Source of the DNA: an uncultured delta proteobacterium
GTDB lineage: Bacteria; Desulfobacterota; Syntrophia; Syntrophales; UBA5619
DNA: 28,315 nt
Reading direction: 5' to 3'
Assembly: GCA_963817385.1 (NCBI GenBank)
Contig: CAWFOM010000013.1
Span: forward strand, 1 to 28,315
The translations under genes were made by a program, and so were the position numbers. This document shows positions 7,613 through 16,620 of this stretch, piece after piece. The first letter of the stretch is position 1. Every line of letters starts with the position of its first letter. The notes under the pieces were generated by a model, which saw nothing but the letters and a program-made list of their open reading frames with translations, was not told the origin of the DNA and made no database searches.

Positions 7613-8162
7613 ATGACTAAAGCACTGCTCCTGATCGATATCCAAAACGATTACTTTCCCGGCGGGGCAATGGAACTGGTGAACAGCCCCACTGCCGGGG
7701 TGAAAGCCGGGAAGCTGCTTCACGACGTTCAGACAAAGAGCGCTGCCAATCATTCACATCCAGCATATCTCCACGAGACCCGGGGCAACCTTTTTCTTAC
7801 CGGATACCGTTGGGGTGGAAATCCACAAAAGCGCCGCCCCCGCCGGTGGCGAAGCGGTGTTTCAGAAAAATTACCCTAACAGCTTTCGTGAAACGCCTTT
7901 GCTTGAGCATCTGCGCGACCGCCAGATTTCACAACTGGTGATCGCCGGGATGATGACCCATATGTGCATCGACTCCACCACGCGGGCAGCGGCCGACCTC
8001 GGTTTCCAGTGCGTTCTGGCACACGACGCATGCGCCACAAGAGCCCTGTCGTTTGGCGGCACCTCTGTCTCTGCGGAGGATGTGCATACGGCATTCCTCG
8101 CTGCACTCAATGGCCTGTTTGCCAAAGTGCTTTCGGTGGAGGAAATATGCGCCGGTCTCTGA
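7613..8162 (+). pseudogene. Isochorismatase-family cysteine hydrolase with a +1 frameshift near 7725
   Basis: ALLLIDIQNDYFPGG in the first frame continues as FRQRALPIIHIQH...KNYPNSF...AGMMTHMCIDST in the shifted frame (catalytic Asp, Lys, Cys present). Confidence 0.85.
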
Positions 8163-8331
8163 GACGTTATTCCGGAGGGACGCGCGGACATGCGGCGACT
8201 CTCTTATATACCGACATCGGCAGTCGTGAAAATCGGCAAGGGACTTCCGGATGACGAATTCGCCTATCTCTACATCCCGATCCGGGAGATCCTTACCGAC
8301 TGACTGAGGCAATTGTGAAGGGAAACAAAGC

Positions 8332-8361
8332 TTGCACATGATCCTCTGAGTGAGGTATCAT
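8332..8361 (+). promoter_or_regulatory. Putative sigma70 promoter of hicB-hicA
   Basis: TTGCAC-18 bp-TATCAT upstream of the hicB start. Confidence 0.5.
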
Positions 8362-8378
8362 AGTATTAAGGGTGATTT

Positions 8379-8579
8379 ATGAAGATCGAAATCGAAAGAG
8401 AAGAAGATGGCCGCTGGATTGCTGAAATCCCGGAGCTTCCTGGAGTCATGGTTTACGGAGATACTCGTAGCCAAGCCATTTCAAAGGCAGAAGCATTAGC
8501 TTTACGAGTCATGGCTGACCGGCTGGAACATGAGGAAGAGATTCCAGAGCTTAAGGAAGTATTCGCAATCTCAGCATGA
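8379..8579 (+). CDS. hicB: HicB-family antitoxin (short form without DNA-binding domain)
   Basis: IEREEDGRWIAEIPELPGVMVYGDTRSQA motif; ATGA overlap with hicA. Confidence 0.9.
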   Translation: MKIEIEREEDGRWIAEIPELPGVMVYGDTRSQAISKAEALALRVMADRLEHEEEIPELKEVFAISA

Positions 8580-8791
8580 GCCGATGGCCGTCAACAAAAG
8601 CTCAACAGGTCCTCTCTGCCTTGCTTCGCATTGGTTGGATAATCAAGCGGCAGCACAGCACTTCTCATCGTGTTCTTGCCCATGCCGATTGGCCTGATTA
8701 CGTGTTTGCATTCCATGATCGTGAAGAAATTGGCCCTAAGATGTTGTCACGGATTGCCAAGCATACCGGTCTTACCCCTGAAGACTTGTGA
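8576..8791 (+). CDS. hicA: HicA-family mRNA interferase toxin
   Basis: VLSALLRIGW...SHRVL (conserved His)...AFHDREEIGPKMLSRIAKHTGL. Confidence 0.9.
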   Translation: MSRWPSTKAQQVLSALLRIGWIIKRQHSTSHRVLAHADWPDYVFAFHDREEIGPKMLSRIAKHTGLTPEDL

Positions 8792-8830
8792 AAATCGCCG
8801 AATCGGCAGATCCAGCGGATCTGAGCTGAA

Positions 8831-10168
8831 TCAGGCCGCGGGCCAGACCTTCTTGAACGCCGTTTTCGGGAAGAAGCAGGACGGGCACTCTTCCGGCGGC
8901 TCCTCGCCGTAGTGGATGTGGCCGCACATGCGGCAGCGCCAGGCCGGGACGCCTTTCGCCGCCGGGTCGTTCAGGTCGGTCTCCCGGATCAGGGGGAGGT
9001 CCTCCAGGGGAGGCATGGCCGGCTTGTAGCTGTTCAGGACGTACCCGCTCACGATGAGCCGCTGCACCTCGCTGGTCCCTTCGTAAATGCTGAAGAGCCG
9101 GATGTCCCGGAGCAGCTTTTCAATGGGGAACATCCTGGTGTACCCGTAGCCGCCGAAGATCTGCAGGGCGTCGTTGACCACCTCCATGGCCGCCTCGGTC
9201 GCATAGAATTTTGAAATGGAGGCGCTTATCGTGGGATCGATTCCGCTGTCCGCCTCCCATGCCCCTTTCCAGACCAGGAGGCGCGAGGTCTCCACTTTCT
9301 GGTACATCTCCGCGATCTTGAACTGGATCGCCTCGAAGTTGGAAAGCTTGGTCGCGAAGACCCTTCTTTTCTTGGCGTAGTCGATGGCGAATTCCATGGC
9401 CGAGCGGGCCGCGCCCACGGCAAAGGCGCCGATGATGGGCCGGGTCCGGGAAAAGGTCTTCATGGCGAGAACGAACCCCTTGCCCGGCTCCGCGATGATG
9501 TTCTCCTTCGGGACCCGGACGTTCTTGAAGTTGATCCCCGCCGTGTTGGAGCAGCGCTGCCCGAGTTTCGGTATCGTCTTGCCGACGGAGACCCCCTCCC
9601 AGTCCTTTTCCACCAGAAACGCGCCGATCCCCTCGTGCTGTTTCTCCGGATCGATCGTCGCGAACACCGTCATGTAATCCGCGACGCCGGCGTTGGTGAT
9701 CCAGTATTTTGTCCCGTTGAGGAGGTAATCATCCCCCGTCTTCTCCGCTTTGCAGCGCATCCCCGCCACGTCGGAACCCATGGTCGGTTCGGAGGTGGCG
9801 AAACAGATCCGCTTGAATTCGCGGGCGATGAGCGGGAGATATTTTGCCCTGAGCGGTTCGTTGTCACAGAGCAGGAGCGGCGCCATGCCGAGGGAATTGT
9901 CGAATATGGATGTGGCCACCCCGGGGCAGGCCGCGGCGATCTCCTCGGTGAGGATGGCGGCGTCCATGAGGCCGAGCCCCTGCCCGCCGTATTTCACCGG
10001 GATGTCGCTGTTCATGAAACCGGCATCGAAGGCCTTCCGCAGCAGGAACAGCGGGATCTCGCCCGTCTCATCGTAGTGCCATACCGCGGGTAGGATCTCC
10101 CGGATCGCGAATTCACGGACCTTTGCCTGCAATGCCTTCTGCTCCGGACTCAATTCGAACTGCAGCAT
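8831..10168 (-). CDS. Acyl-CoA dehydrogenase with C-terminal rubredoxin-like domain
   Basis: FATSEPTMGSD, LNGTKYWITN, QIFGGYGY, IYEGTSEVQR (catalytic Glu); C-terminal WRCRMCGHIH...ECPSCFFPK. Confidence 0.95.
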   Translation of the reverse strand: MLQFELSPEQKALQAKVREFAIREILPAVWHYDETGEIPLFLLRKAFDAGFMNSDIPVKYGGQGLGLMDAAILTEEIAAACPGVATSIFDNSLGMAPLLLCDNEPLRAKYLPLIAREFKRICFATSEPTMGSDVAGMRCKAEKTGDDYLLNGTKYWITNAGVADYMTVFATIDPEKQHEGIGAFLVEKDWEGVSVGKTIPKLGQRCSNTAGINFKNVRVPKENIIAEPGKGFVLAMKTFSRTRPIIGAFAVGAARSAMEFAIDYAKKRRVFATKLSNFEAIQFKIAEMYQKVETSRLLVWKGAWEADSGIDPTISASISKFYATEAAMEVVNDALQIFGGYGYTRMFPIEKLLRDIRLFSIYEGTSEVQRLIVSGYVLNSYKPAMPPLEDLPLIRETDLNDPAAKGVPAWRCRMCGHIHYGEEPPEECPSCFFPKTAFKKVWPAA

Positions 10169-10194
10169 GGTTTCCCCCTCCTTAATCGTTCGTC

Positions 10195-10279
10195 GTCATT
10201 CCGGCGAAAGCCGGGAACCAGTAATAACTGGATGCCGGATCAGAGCCTGCCCCGGACCCGATCCGGGGTCCGGCATGAC
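10195..10279. repeat. REP/RPE-like palindromic repeat with nested hairpin
   Basis: GTCATTCCGGCGAAAGCCGG...CTGGATGCCGGATC...TCCGGCATGAC with terminal GTCAT/ATGAC and internal CCCCGGA...TCCGGGG hairpin. Confidence 0.8.
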
Positions 10280-10307
10280 ATTTTATCTGTTCGGTTGCTA
10301 CAATAAT

Positions 10308-10335
10308 ATTATAGGTCATTTCTTCCCGCAGTCAA
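10308..10335 (-). promoter_or_regulatory. sigma70 promoter of the acyl-CoA dehydrogenase gene
   Basis: Minus strand TTGACT-16 bp-TATAAT. Confidence 0.7.
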
Positions 10336-10470
10336 CGGGAATAAGGACAGATAACAATCAGGGGGCTTGAAAAACCATGCCCGATCGAATACCGTGGCCA
10401 CAGGATCTATCAGGCGAATTCAGAAAAAGGAAAGAGATGAATCGAGACAGACGGGGAAGGGAAGGGGATC

Positions 10471-12159
10471 GTGCTCATCCATCCGCCGGCGGCGAAGGCC
10501 TGCGAGGCGCCGGGGGGGCCGGCGAGACTCGCGGGGGCGCTCAGGCGCCACGGCGTCGCCTGCCGGGTCTGGGACGCCAACGGCGAGGGACAGCTTGCGC
10601 TCATGGAATCGGCGGCGCGGGCGGCTCTCGGCGGCAGTGCGGACGGCGATGCGAGCCTGCCAGGCGGAGGCGGACGGGCGGAGCGTGACATCTCCTCAGC
10701 GGGACCGATCGAGCCGCGGTGCGGAGAAGATGTGGGAGGCGACGCGTCCCACGGCGGTGAGGTCGCAGACTCCTGGACGCGCCGGGCGGCCCGGCATCGA
10801 GAGGCGAACTTGGCCCGGCTCCGATCCTGGGAGATCTACGCGAATCCCGACCGCTACCGGCGGGCGGTGGCGGATGTGAACCGCCTCCTGGCGGTAGCGG
10901 CCAAGCCGTATGGGGTCCGCCTGAGCCTCGCCGATTACGAAGCCGCCTCGCTCTCCCCCGTCCGGAGCGCCGATTTGCTCAGGGCAGCCGCGGCGCCCGA
11001 GGTAAATCCGTTTCATCCCTGGTTCCGGCGGCGTCTTCCGCAGATCCTTGCCGAGTCGCCCGTCTCACACGTCGGCTTTTCGCTCAACTATCTCAGCCAG
11101 GCCCTGACAACTTTCGCGATGATCGGTCTGATAAGGCGCGAATACCCGCACCTGCGGATCGTCCTGGGCGGAGGCCTGGTCACCTCCTGGATGCGTAGGC
11201 CCGGCTGGCGCAGCCCCTTCGGGGGGCTCATCGACGAGCTGATCGCCGGACCGGGCGAGGACCCGCTCTTGTGGCTCTTCGGGAAGACCCATGACGGCGG
11301 CTGCGACCTGCCGGTCTTCGACGGTTTCCCCGCGGCCGATTACCTGGCCCCGGGAAAGGTCCTTCCCTACAGCGCTTCCGGCGGCTGCTGGTGGCGCCGC
11401 TGTTCCTTCTGTCCGGAGCGGGCCGAGGGGACCCCGTACCGCCCCATTCCGGTGGCGCGGGCAGCGGCGGACCTCCGCGTCCTGACGAAGCGGGAGCGCC
11501 CGGCGCTGATCCACCTCCTGGACAACGCCCTGAGCCCCGCCCTCCTGAAGGCCCTGTCGGCGGAGCCGCCGGGAGCGCCCTGGTACGGTTTCGCGCGGAT
11601 CACCTCTCATCTCGCGGACCGCGATTTCTGCAGGCGGCTGAAGGATTCCGGCTGCGTCATGCTGAAGCTGGGGCTGGAGTCGGGCGACCAGAGGGTCCTG
11701 GACGCCCTGAACAAAGGGATCGATCTGGGGACGGCGGCCACAGTCCTGGAGAACCTCAAGGAGGCAGGTATCGCGACCTATGTCTATCTCCTCTTCGGGA
11801 CACCTGCGGAGACGCGGGAGGCGGCGGGAAGGACCCTGGAATTCACCGTGGCCCACGCCGAGGAGATCGGTTTTCTGAACCTTGCCGTCTTCAACCTCCC
11901 CGCTTACGGTCCCGATACGGAGGGGCTCGATACCGGGGAGTTCTACGAGGGGGACCTGTCACTCTACCGGCGTTTTGCCCATCCCGGAGGGTGGGAGCGG
12001 GGGGAGGTCCGGCGGTTCCTGGAGAATGAGTTCAAAAAAGCGCCTGCCATCGCGGCGATCCTCCGGCGGGACCCGCTTTTCTTCACCTCCAACCATGCGC
12101 CGTTTCTCGTGATGGCGGCCTCCCGCGGGGCGGGAGCGGATGGCGGCCCGATCTCGTGA
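10471..12159 (+). CDS. Radical SAM protein with B12-binding-like N-terminal domain
   Basis: CxxxCxxC motif CWWRRCSFC, LKLGLESG, VYLLFGTPAET, IVLGGG, N-terminal LIHPP motif. Confidence 0.9.
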   Translation: MLIHPPAAKACEAPGGPARLAGALRRHGVACRVWDANGEGQLALMESAARAALGGSADGDASLPGGGGRAERDISSAGPIEPRCGEDVGGDASHGGEVADSWTRRAARHREANLARLRSWEIYANPDRYRRAVADVNRLLAVAAKPYGVRLSLADYEAASLSPVRSADLLRAAAAPEVNPFHPWFRRRLPQILAESPVSHVGFSLNYLSQALTTFAMIGLIRREYPHLRIVLGGGLVTSWMRRPGWRSPFGGLIDELIAGPGEDPLLWLFGKTHDGGCDLPVFDGFPAADYLAPGKVLPYSASGGCWWRRCSFCPERAEGTPYRPIPVARAAADLRVLTKRERPALIHLLDNALSPALLKALSAEPPGAPWYGFARITSHLADRDFCRRLKDSGCVMLKLGLESGDQRVLDALNKGIDLGTAATVLENLKEAGIATYVYLLFGTPAETREAAGRTLEFTVAHAEEIGFLNLAVFNLPAYGPDTEGLDTGEFYEGDLSLYRRFAHPGGWERGEVRRFLENEFKKAPAIAAILRRDPLFFTSNHAPFLVMAASRGAGADGGPIS

Positions 12160-12162
12160 ATG

Positions 12163-12228
12163 GGGAGTAAGGGGAGTGAAGGGCGTGAGGGGAGTGAAGG
12201 GAGTGAAGGAAGTGAAGGGAGTGAAGGG
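12163..12228 (+). repeat. 9-bp tandem repeat (GGGAGTGAA) x7
   Basis: Seven near-identical units fill the gap between two convergent stop codons. Confidence 0.9.
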
Positions 12229-13755
12229 TTAAGCCCTTGTCATCTGTTCGTCGATAAGCCGCAGGGCCTCTTCACGGCTGAAACCGGTGACGCGGTCGTC
12301 CGCACAGGTGAGCGCACCCCTCCGGCAGAGTTCCCTGAAAAGCTCCCGGATCTCGGCCGTTTCCCTGCCCGTCAACTTTGCCAGCTCGTCGGCGGGGTTC
12401 CGGTCGTCCGGCAGCGGCCACGCCCGGAGGAAATAGAGGATCGCCATGAGCCTGATCCAGGCATGGGTCATCTCCTCCAGGGCAACATTCGTATGTCTGA
12501 GCCGATTTGAGAACTCCCGGAGCATGAACAGGGAGACCTCGCCGTTTTCCCCCAGAACGTTCTGCAGCATCTCCCCGCTGATGACGGCGATATGGCACTC
12601 TTCGAGGCACCGCGCGGATGCATTGCGCGGGACGCTGATCAGCGCCGCCATTTCGCCGAAATATTCCCCCGGTCCCATCTCGGCGAGCGTCTTTTTCACC
12701 TCACCGACACTCTTCTCCATCCGGATGCGGCCGTTCAGGATATAGAAGATCTCCTGGCCGGCATCCCCCTCGCGGAAGATATATTCATCCCGGCCGTAAA
12801 AGCGGCCGAATTTCCGGAGGAGCTGTTCCTCGGTCCGCGGCCGATCCTTCCCGGATTTTAACAAGGCTTTTTCGATGAGGATCATATCCCGCCGCTGGTA
12901 GGAGGAGATGAGCTCCGCGCAGAAAAGGAAAATCAGCGCGATATAGAAGACCCAGATGACGAGGACGACCACCGTCTCCAGGGAACCGAAGATCGCGTTA
13001 TAGCTGGTGTAATTGGCGACGTACCAGGTGAAAAACTGCTTGGCGATCTCCATCAGCGCGGAGAAGATTGCGCTTCCGATGAGAGCGCTCTTCAGGCCGA
13101 CCTTTCCCGTGGGGATCACTTTGTAGACGACGGTGAAGAAGATCACGGTGGCCAGATAGGGGAGGAGGTAGCGGAAGAGAAATCCCTCAACGACCGGGAG
13201 GAAGAGGACCATTCCCGGCAGGAGGATGGGCTGCTTGGTAAGGATTGACGCTGCATAGCTGATCCCGACGCTGGCCACGCCGACGGCCCACCCCATCGGG
13301 ATCATCGCGATGGCGAGGAGTTTGGAGGCGAAGTAGTTCCGGCGGACCTTCGACCGGATGATGACGTTCAGGGCCTGTTCCATTGCGCCGAAGATCATCG
13401 CCGAAAACCAGATCAGACTGATGATCCCGAGCCCGCCCAGGACCTCCTTCTTCCCCTCGATCCGGCCGATCTGGGTGACCAGTTCACCGGAAAAGGAGGG
13501 GATGAACTGGCGGATGCCCTCGATCAGTTTCCCCCGGATCTCCGGATCGGCGCTGAAAAGGTTGTTGACGATGAGCAGGGTCAGGATGAACAGGGGGATG
13601 ATCGAAAGGATGGCATACAGGGCGATGGCGGCGGCCTGGTTCGCGTCGCCGTTCGTCTCATAGTTGCGGATCGCGTCCCGGAGCGTATCCCCGGCGGATG
13701 CAAGAGCATGGCGGAGACGGACTCGCGCCGCTTCGGGGTGAGGTTTGTTCTTCAT
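12229..13755 (-). CDS. YihY/BrkB-family membrane protein fused to a cNMP-binding domain and CRP-like HTH-like tail
   Basis: AAAIALYAILSIIP, YNAIFGSL...WVFYIALIFLFCAE (YihY); IFREGDAGQEIFYILNGRI...GEYFGEMA...PRNASA (cNMP); ELAKLTGRETAEIRELFRELCRRG. Confidence 0.9.
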   Translation of the reverse strand: MKNKPHPEAARVRLRHALASAGDTLRDAIRNYETNGDANQAAAIALYAILSIIPLFILTLLIVNNLFSADPEIRGKLIEGIRQFIPSFSGELVTQIGRIEGKKEVLGGLGIISLIWFSAMIFGAMEQALNVIIRSKVRRNYFASKLLAIAMIPMGWAVGVASVGISYAASILTKQPILLPGMVLFLPVVEGFLFRYLLPYLATVIFFTVVYKVIPTGKVGLKSALIGSAIFSALMEIAKQFFTWYVANYTSYNAIFGSLETVVVLVIWVFYIALIFLFCAELISSYQRRDMILIEKALLKSGKDRPRTEEQLLRKFGRFYGRDEYIFREGDAGQEIFYILNGRIRMEKSVGEVKKTLAEMGPGEYFGEMAALISVPRNASARCLEECHIAVISGEMLQNVLGENGEVSLFMLREFSNRLRHTNVALEEMTHAWIRLMAILYFLRAWPLPDDRNPADELAKLTGRETAEIRELFRELCRRGALTCADDRVTGFSREEALRLIDEQMTRA

Positions 13756-13874
13756 GTTCAGTCGTCCGGGGTAAGCTCTGATCCGGCACCCAGTCTATCT
13801 AACTCTAGGATTCACGGCTTTCGTCGGCAATGACGACTGTAACGTATATCGTTGCCTAGGTAATTCCGAAGCCG

Positions 13875-14913
13875 TCAGCTCTGCATCACCGCGCGCAAGG
13901 CGCTTAGCGCCGCGGTGATGTCGGCCGAATCGATCCCGTAATGGGTGAGCATCCGGAAACGGGCCGGTCCCGTGTGGGACAGGCGAACCCCTTTTTTCTT
14001 CAGGCGGTTCATGAATTCCTCATCCGAAAAGCGGCGATCGATGAGATCGAGATAGAGGATGTTCGTCCCGACGCGGGCGGGATCGGTCGCGACTCCCGGA
14101 ATCCCGGCGATTCCCTCGGCAAGGCGGCGGGCGTTTACGTGATCCTCGGCGAGGCGGTCGATCATTTGCTCGACGGCCACGATGCCGGCGGCCGCGATGA
14201 TCCCCGCCTGGCGCATCCCGCCGCCCAGCATTTTGCGCGTCCGCCGCGCCCGTGCGATGAATTCCTTGCTCCCGCAGATCACGGAGCCGACCGGCGCCGC
14301 GAGCCCCTTGGAGAGGCAGACGTTCAATGAATCGACGCCCCGGGTCAGCTCCCGGACATCAACGCCGAGGGCGACCGCGGCGTTGAAGATCCGGGCGCCG
14401 TCGAGGTGCACGAGGAGGCCGCGGCGCTTCGCGAGCGCCGCGACGGCGGCGGTGTACTCCGGCGTCAGCGGGGCGCCGTAGCAGCGGTTGTGGGTGTTCT
14501 CCAGGCAGATGAGGCGCGTCCGGGGGAAATGGATGTTCTCGGCGCGGATGGCCGCCTCGATATCTTCCAGCCGGAGAGTCCCGTCGGGCTGATTGGGGAT
14601 CGTGTGGGGGAAGATGCCGCCCAGGGCGGACATCCCGCCCGCCTCGTTGAGGAAGATGTGGGAAGCAGTCCCCGAGGATCGCCTCCTCGCCGCGGGCGCA
14701 GTGCGTCAGAACGCAGGTGACGTTGCCCATCGTGCCGCTGACGACCAGGAGCGCCGCCTCCATCCCCGTCCGCTCGGCCATCAGTGCTTCCAGGCGGTTG
14801 ATGGTGGGATCTTCACCGAAGACGTCGTCCCCCAGTGCGGCATGAGAAATGGCCTCCCGCATGGCCTCGGTGGGAAGGGTTACCGTATCGCTGCGCAAAT
14901 CAATGACTGCCAT
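13875..14913 (-). pseudogene. ltaE: Low-specificity L-threonine aldolase with a +1 frameshift near 14665 (probably a sequencing error)
   Basis: [25 protein letters not shown], then in the shifted frame [32 protein letters not shown] (PLP Lys), GGGMRQAG. Confidence 0.9.
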
Positions 14914-15041
14914 CGTCAACCTCCGATTTTCAATCGCATTATTAGGGGGCGCGTACCAGCCTTGCAAGGCCTGCCGTTCAGTCACTCGGCCGCTTGTCCA
15001 TCGTTTCAGCGGGCTTCGCTCGAGGCTGCGGCCGGTCGCGC

Positions 15042-16169
15042 CTATCGGGTGAACTCATCCTCATCGAGGGGGAGCTTCAGGGGGACGCCCCGCTCCGCCG
15101 ACAGACCCATGGCCATCGTCAGGACGAGGTTCCGGTGCCCGTCCCACGCCGTGGCATGGGGCGTTTCCATCCCCATGTAGATGCGGGAAAACCATGCATT
15201 GGTCTCTTCGCGCATGGGCCCCCACAGTTGTCCGAAGGCGATATCTCCGGGGGGATAGCTGGTGAGGAATTCGACGTGGCGTTCGTACTCGGGGTGGTAG
15301 CCCTCCGGACGGTAGCCGGCCCACTGGGGTTTTTCCGAGGCAAGGACCAGGTCGCGATGGGTGTCATCGACCGTTATCACGCCTTTGGTGCCCACGATCC
15401 CGATCTCCAGGCCGTAAACCGCGCCCGGCCAGACGATGGGCAGCGCCCAACTGATGTTCATGCTCCAGATCGTGCCGTCGTTCATGGTGAAGATGCCGAA
15501 GGTCGCATCCTTGGTGCCGAAAGACCCCAGGACTTTATCCGTGGAACGGGCGTAGAGCTCGACGGGCTCCTTCCCTTCCATCAGCCACATCGACATGTCC
15601 AGGCTGTGGGTCCCGGAAACAACCATCGGCTGCAGGTTTGTCCTCTCGTTTGTCCGCCGGAGCGTGGCGAGAGGGACCATCCGATTCATGAAGGCCCGGG
15701 TCGTGACCGTCGTGACGTCCCCGATCTCGCCGGTGCGAAGCTTTTCCTTAATGGCCAGAAATCGTCTCCGGAATCGGTTGGTGTAGCCGATCACGGCGTC
15801 GACGCCGCTTTTCATGATCGCATCATAAACCTTCCGGGAATCCTGGACGCTCGTCGCGAGAGGTTTTTCGATGAACAGGCGGTGCCCCCGTTCCACGGCG
15901 GCAAGGGTCGGGCCGACATGGTTGTTTTCATCGGTCGAGATGATGGTCGCGTTGACCTCGCGGCGTTTGAGCAGCTCCTTGTAGTCGGTCGTCCAGAAAT
16001 CGGCCCGCGTCTCCCCGGCGACCTTTTTCGCGAGCGATTCATTGGTGTCACAGACGCCGATCCACCCGACGCCGGGATAATCCCGGGCAAAGACGGCCCG
16101 GATCTTCCCTATCGTTCCGGTTCCGACGACTGCGAGGCCGATCTCTTTTCGATCCTTCTTCGCGTTCAT
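15042..16169 (-). CDS. Gfo/Idh/MocA family NAD(P)-dependent oxidoreductase
   Basis: [11 protein letters not shown]ossmann motif, IEKPLA, SGTHSLD. Confidence 0.92.
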   Translation of the reverse strand: MNAKKDRKEIGLAVVGTGTIGKIRAVFARDYPGVGWIGVCDTNESLAKKVAGETRADFWTTDYKELLKRREVNATIISTDENNHVGPTLAAVERGHRLFIEKPLATSVQDSRKVYDAIMKSGVDAVIGYTNRFRRRFLAIKEKLRTGEIGDVTTVTTRAFMNRMVPLATLRRTNERTNLQPMVVSGTHSLDMSMWLMEGKEPVELYARSTDKVLGSFGTKDATFGIFTMNDGTIWSMNISWALPIVWPGAVYGLEIGIVGTKGVITVDDTHRDLVLASEKPQWAGYRPEGYHPEYERHVEFLTSYPPGDIAFGQLWGPMREETNAWFSRIYMGMETPHATAWDGHRNLVLTMAMGLSAERGVPLKLPLDEDEFTR

Positions 16170-16237
16170 GCTGTTTTCCTCCGGTTGGATTTTCCGGGTT
16201 TTGCCCGGTGCACCGCAAACGTGCTTTTGGCAGGGGG

Positions 16238-16266
16238 AGTATATGAAGACGGCTTTTGTGTGTCAA
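16238..16266 (-). promoter_or_regulatory. sigma70 promoter of the oxidoreductase gene
   Basis: Minus strand TTGACA-17 bp-TATACT. Confidence 0.8.
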
Positions 16267-16620
16267 GGATAAAGGCTATGTCTTCTTCTGGGGAAATTTT
16301 CGGCCTGGTGATGGTGCTGCGCTCCTATGCTCTCCTTTCGAAAAAACTCTCTGCCGGGATGAAGGGGAGTGAGCCGATATTCAGTCATATGCGTTCATAT
16401 TTGTCAAATAAATTATTCCCCTGATCGGCCGGGCGCCGGGAGGATATCGTCTGCAGTTCTTCCCGGCAGCGGCCGGGAAGATTCATACAAAATACTTGAC
16501 AGTAACTGCTATTACATGCTCAAAAAGGCAGCAGCGTTTACCTCGTGCTGAGGCGGGAAAAGATCGGCGTTTACGGCTCCGTCCGCATCCGCGGATGGAC
16601 AGAGAAGAAAGGAGAGTGAC

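Larger units (their letters stand above)
2830..8162 (+). mobile_element. Integron-type gene cassette array lacking an adjacent integrase (CALIN-like)
   Basis: Co-oriented unrelated ORFs of heterogeneous base composition, separated by attC-type imperfect palindromes with R''/L''/L'/R' boxes. Cassette start cores complement the R'' at cassette ends. Confidence 0.88.

Noticed and set aside
8157..8330. attC after the cysteine hydrolase (CTCTGAG at the stop loosely mirrors the GTGAGAG core)
   Set aside because: No paired L boxes or downstream GTTRRRY at a suitable distance.
12160..12510. ORF beginning with GSE repeats
   Set aside because: It is a translation of the 9-bp minisatellite running antisense into the YihY-cNMP gene, with no coding support.
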